Shown here one piece after another: positions 60,733 through 64,000 of a stretch of 64,000 nt of DNA (within the stretch, counting starts at the first letter, position 1; every line of letters starts with the position of its first letter). The DNA comes from Candidatus Anderseniibacteriota bacterium. GTDB lineage: Bacteria; Patescibacteriota; Andersenbacteria; UBA10190. Where the stretch lies: NCBI GenBank assembly GCA_016197005.1, contig JACPWO010000002.1, forward strand, positions 210,178-274,177, given 5' to 3'. Below the pieces are notes generated by a model. It saw nothing but the letters and a program-made list of their open reading frames with translations. It made no database searches and was not told where the DNA came from. The position numbers were made by a program, and so were the translations under genes.

Positions 60733-61374
60733 GTGGCAATAGCTTCAATTCGAATCCTGGAGTACAACATGGAGACACGGCCGATTCTTATAACCGATCA
60801 CGCCGGAACGGTAGTCAAAGAGGTCTGGGATGGAAAGAACAAGCGATATGGCTATCCCTTCGCTAACGCTGGCATTGAACTTTCATATGGCGCTGGCAAA
60901 GCGCTCCGTGCTTTTCAAGACAGCGGGCTGCTAATTGTCGTGGCAGCTAGTCATTCTGGAGTGGCACGTGACTACTATACCGAGGAGCAAATGCATCAAC
61001 ATCATGCCGAGTTAAATCAGATACTCGAGAATGAATTTGGTGTGCATGTGATGGCGCTGGGTCTTTGTCCACATCTGCCCGATGCAGGATGCGAGTGTCG
61101 GAAACCTGGTATTGGCATGCCAATACAGATCCAGCAACAGCTACGGGAGAAAGAGATCGAGATTGATCTCGCCCGCAGTATTGGAGTGGGTGATAAAATA
61201 GAGGATTGCCAGATGGCTCGTAACTTTGAGATTCGAACGACGATCCTGATCGAAGGCGGACAATGGACCCGCAACCGTCTCCCGAAGGATTCCCCTGAGA
61301 CTGTCATCGTTGGCAGCTTAATTGAAGGAGCATACTGGTTTCGGACAGGTAAGACGTGCCTTGATCTCGTATGA
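60733..61374 (+). CDS. GmhB-like HAD IIIA paralog with altered catalytic motif (TDHAGT in place of DRDGT)
   Basis: CPHLPDAGCECRKPG zinc loop conserved; second Asp of DxD replaced. Confidence 0.65.
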   Translation: MAIASIRILEYNMETRPILITDHAGTVVKEVWDGKNKRYGYPFANAGIELSYGAGKALRAFQDSGLLIVVAASHSGVARDYYTEEQMHQHHAELNQILENEFGVHVMALGLCPHLPDAGCECRKPGIGMPIQIQQQLREKEIEIDLARSIGVGDKIEDCQMARNFEIRTTILIEGGQWTRNRLPKDSPETVIVGSLIEGAYWFRTGKTCLDLV

Positions 61375-61517
61375 CCATGCCTCATAACGCGCCTCGTTCA
61401 AATTGGACGGGGTTTTTCTTTTGACAAAACCTGAATATTTTGCTATTACATACAAGTCGCCATGGGGCGATAACGGAGAAATCCGCAACTGAAACTTGCC
61501 AATTTGGAGAGTCAACA

Positions 61518-62123
61518 ATGTCGCAAGAAATCATTTTGAAAGTCGCGCCGCTGGGTGATGCAGTTATGTGTGCTACTATTGCAAGCAGACTCATTTCCTA
61601 CGGGCTTTCTGTTCGTATGGCCGTCAGCAAGCTCGGAGCAACCCTGTTGGGGAATACTGGTATTCCTTTGACTACGGAAGCTGTCACTGCGCCGCTTGTG
61701 ATCGATGTGTGTGACTATTTGAAACAAGATTGTCATCACGCAAAATTCAAAGGGAGTATTGTCAACGACAACTACCTTCGGGGTGGGTTTGCTCATCTTG
61801 TGACGTGGATGACTCGTCACATTGAAATGGAGTTGGGGCGCATGGAAGTTACATTGCCGACTAGTCTTGATGTTGGTCCTTGCAATGTGAAATTGCCGGT
61901 TACAGAGCTTCAACAGAAAAAGGTACACCAACTTCTTTTAACAGAAGGTATTATGTCGGGGAAGCGGCCGCTTGTGATTATGGCAGCGGAGGCAGGGAGT
62001 CCGAACCGTCGGATTAGTCCGGAAACGTTGCAAGAAGTTGCAATAGGTCTTGAAGAACAAATGGATATTGCGCTTCTGACACCCTTGCCGACTCTTAGCA
62101 TGCAACTCGTAATTAAGGGTTAA
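61518..62123 (+). CDS. GT9 family heptosyltransferase, N-terminal half only (C-terminal nucleotide-sugar domain missing; apparently interrupted by integrated element)
   Basis: ORF 61440..62123 trimmed to MSQEIILKVAPLGDAVMCAT (GT9 N-terminal ALGD motif) preceded by GGAG; only about 200 aa vs about 330 expected. Confidence 0.6.
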   Translation: MSQEIILKVAPLGDAVMCATIASRLISYGLSVRMAVSKLGATLLGNTGIPLTTEAVTAPLVIDVCDYLKQDCHHAKFKGSIVNDNYLRGGFAHLVTWMTRHIEMELGRMEVTLPTSLDVGPCNVKLPVTELQQKKVHQLLLTEGIMSGKRPLVIMAAEAGSPNRRISPETLQEVAIGLEEQMDIALLTPLPTLSMQLVIKG

Positions 62124-63719
62124 GTTCGGTGATGGTAGCTCAATATGGGCCTGAATATCAAACTCCTGGCGCCATACCACTATTCTATCAACTACACCCC
62201 GAATCGTCCGCTTTTTGCTCTGCGGCAGCATGGTCTTAAAGACGCGAGTTGCCTCAATGCACATCGCCCATAGCTCATCTTCGGGGCTGAGAGAGTTAGT
62301 CTGGCTTTGCTGCTGGAGCTCTTCCACTTGTTTGTGGTATCCCGCCTCTCGGTTTTTACTTTCACGAACCAGCTTCTGGTAAATGCCGAGCTCCATATCG
62401 CCTGTGCCGAGCCCCAGGGCGTATTGCTCCCGAATTTTTACTTCTTTGTCGATGAGCTCTTGTAGTCGCGCATTATCTTGTTGAGTGCTTGTATTTTCAG
62501 CGACGGCTTGCAGATGAAATTTGCCGTGCTTATGGAGCAGGTCAGGATCAGTCATGTGAGTCACGAGACCGGTCCACACCGCTTTATCCAAAGCCTTTGT
62601 GTTGACACCTGGATAGGTGCACTCAGTCGGCAGGGGATGCTTTAAGATTTTTTGCGTGCAGCTGTAATATGAGTGTCCGACTTGTCGGCCGTTGCCGGTG
62701 CGCTTGTAGCCGCAACCGCACATCACCAGGCTGGTTAGAAGATAGGCATTCTTCCGATTTTTCTTGGCGTACCTTTGATTGCGCGTCAGCATTTCCAGTG
62801 CCTTCTCGTATGCCCCATCGTCTTCGATGATGGTTGGCACCGCATACGGAATCCACTCTTCTTTGGGACGTACTTTCCGGCTACTCTTTTTTACCTTCTT
62901 ATACTTTTCATGGTTAGTCGGATTTTTCGCTACAATCGCTTCGTTCTTGTTGAAGTAGATAAAACCTTTAGAGTAGGTGTCATATTTGAGAGTGCGGATG
63001 ATTGATTCTTTGACCCAGTGATCCTGCTTTTTCTTAGGCGGCATAATGCCGAGCTTGTAGAGCTTCTCAATAATTTTTCGCAGGCTTACCTGCTCATGCA
63101 CGAACCATTTATAGATCAGGCGGACTACTCGCGCCTCGGGTTCGCTGATCTCGTACCGAGGAGGCTGACCGGGTTCGCGGACAATGCGGTAGCCATAGAT
63201 GGCGTGGCCGTTAATGAGCTTGCCCGCTTTCGCTTTGAACATTTTGCCGCGCCGGAACCGCTCGGCGATTTTTAAGCGTTCATATTCATGGAAAATACCT
63301 TGTACCGATTGCATCAGTTTGGCTTCAGGTGTTATGGCATCAATGTCGTGGAGGGTCACGAACTTGAGACCGAGCTCGCTGAGTTCGTTGATGACTAACT
63401 CTTGATGGTAAAAGATACGAGAGAGACGTCCTCGGTCGTAGACATACAGAATCTGGAACTTGCTTGCAGTAGCGGCATCACGCATGGCATCAAGGCCGGG
63501 GCGCTGCAAAATTGAGCCGGTCCAGCCGTCATCCTTGAACAGAAACTCCGGCGGGAGAATGTGGCCATCATTTTTGATGCGGGATACGACCTCATCGATC
63601 TGCGACTCGATGGTAGCTTCATTCTCCTGTCCCTCAGTCGAGACACGCACGTACGCTGCGGCGATGAGCGATTGCACGGCAGGGGAAGGAGTAATAGTAT
63701 TGGTTTTAGGTGATTGCAT
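61938..63719 (-). CDS. large serine recombinase (resolvase/invertase N-domain + recombinase + zinc-ribbon domains)
   Basis: AAYVRVSTEGQ catalytic Ser motif, 593 aa, coiled-coil/zinc region; 3' end overlaps GT9 ORF. Confidence 0.85.
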   Translation of the reverse strand: MQSPKTNTITPSPAVQSLIAAAYVRVSTEGQENEATIESQIDEVVSRIKNDGHILPPEFLFKDDGWTGSILQRPGLDAMRDAATASKFQILYVYDRGRLSRIFYHQELVINELSELGLKFVTLHDIDAITPEAKLMQSVQGIFHEYERLKIAERFRRGKMFKAKAGKLINGHAIYGYRIVREPGQPPRYEISEPEARVVRLIYKWFVHEQVSLRKIIEKLYKLGIMPPKKKQDHWVKESIIRTLKYDTYSKGFIYFNKNEAIVAKNPTNHEKYKKVKKSSRKVRPKEEWIPYAVPTIIEDDGAYEKALEMLTRNQRYAKKNRKNAYLLTSLVMCGCGYKRTGNGRQVGHSYYSCTQKILKHPLPTECTYPGVNTKALDKAVWTGLVTHMTDPDLLHKHGKFHLQAVAENTSTQQDNARLQELIDKEVKIREQYALGLGTGDMELGIYQKLVRESKNREAGYHKQVEELQQQSQTNSLSPEDELWAMCIEATRVFKTMLPQSKKRTIRGVVDRIVVWRQEFDIQAHIELPSPNLTLNYELHAKSRQGCQKRNIHLFFKTYCNFLQRFRTNPTVRTPCLRCHNHKRPLPRHNTFC

Positions 63720-63770
63720 ATTAGGTCATCTGCCAGAGGCTCCAGTTCCAAATGAGGCCTCTGGTTTTAT

Positions 63771-63980
63771 TTACGGATCAAAGAGCTCAGCTAATTTTTT
63801 GCTGCTCACACGCCACGCCTTGCCAAGCTTTACTGCTGGTAGCTGTTTGCGGCGGACCATACGGTAGACCGTAATGCGGGCTACTTGTAGCTTTTTGGCC
63901 ACTTGTTCGAGGGTTAGGTACTGGTCTTCCTTATTCATATCTCTTTCATTATACCATATGTATCTTTCGTAATCATCCAC
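63771..63980 (-). CDS. excisionase-family helix-turn-helix DNA-binding protein
   Basis: LTLEQVAKKLQVARITVYRMV HTH, 69 aa, immediately upstream of recombinase. Confidence 0.75.
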   Translation of the reverse strand: MDDYERYIWYNERDMNKEDQYLTLEQVAKKLQVARITVYRMVRRKQLPAVKLGKAWRVSSKKLAELFDP

Positions 63981-64000
63981 AGGCTAATATGCCGGATTTG

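Larger units (their letters stand above)
61938..64000. mobile_element. left end of an integrated element (prophage/ICE-like) carrying serine recombinase + xis; continues beyond window
   Basis: Recombinase-xis module abutting a truncated host gene. Confidence 0.6.

Noticed and set aside
61512-61931. 139-aa minus ORF inside GT9 gene
   Set aside because: Antisense to the GT9 N-terminal domain with no motifs.
1-64000. Search for CRISPR arrays, rRNA genes, tmRNA and SRP RNA
   Set aside because: No direct-repeat arrays. None of the universal rRNA, tmRNA (tRNA-like 3' end with GGUUCGA..CCA) or SRP (GGAAGCAGC-type) motifs seen by eye in ORF-free regions. Cannot exclude without a covariance-model scan.

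Overview
This 64 kb window is chromosomal DNA from a low-GC (about 45%) bacterium that uses the standard genetic code. The ribosomal proteins are compact but carry N- or C-terminal extensions, and no L30 (and apparently no L29) gene is present; this points to a CPR/Saccharibacteria-like lineage (inference).

On the + strand the window reads dgkA(partial)-ftsA-ftsZ, then a ComEC gene split by an apparent frameshift, then ndk. Next come a NUDIX gene, a divergent pair of tRNA-Pro genes, rpmB, an S2P/M50 protease and an unknown gene.

The conserved str / S10 / spc ribosomal super-operon follows: rpsL-rpsG-fusA-[1.2 kb insert with two unknown genes]-tuf-rpsJ-[about 0.5 kb high-GC foreign gene fragment]-rplC ... 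rplO-secY-adk-map. It ends unusually with ruvX-uppS.

After that come a minus-strand GNAT / galT / GT2 block, a glycolytic cluster tpiA-pfkB family kinase-gap-pgk-eno, a four-helix-bundle protein, recJ, rnhA, and an unannotated RNase P RNA on the minus strand with back-to-back promoters.

A surface polysaccharide cluster follows: WbaP-like priming transferase, three GT4 enzymes, a Wzz-like protein, an Arg-rich ORF plus a DUF4012 protein probably joined across an A9 run, and MurJ. Then lepA, rmlC, an epimerase, split transketolase, transaldolase and rmlD.

These sit directly upstream of a sedoheptulose-7-P to ADP-heptose pathway built from unusual fusions (GmhA-HldE kinase; HldE adenylyltransferase-GmhB), extra GmhB-like HAD paralogs, and a GT9 heptosyltransferase. 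The GT9 gene appears truncated by an integrated element carrying a large serine recombinase and an excisionase-like HTH gene, which continues past the window end.

No rRNA genes and no CRISPR arrays were seen. Small-feature coordinates are approximate (a few nt either way).
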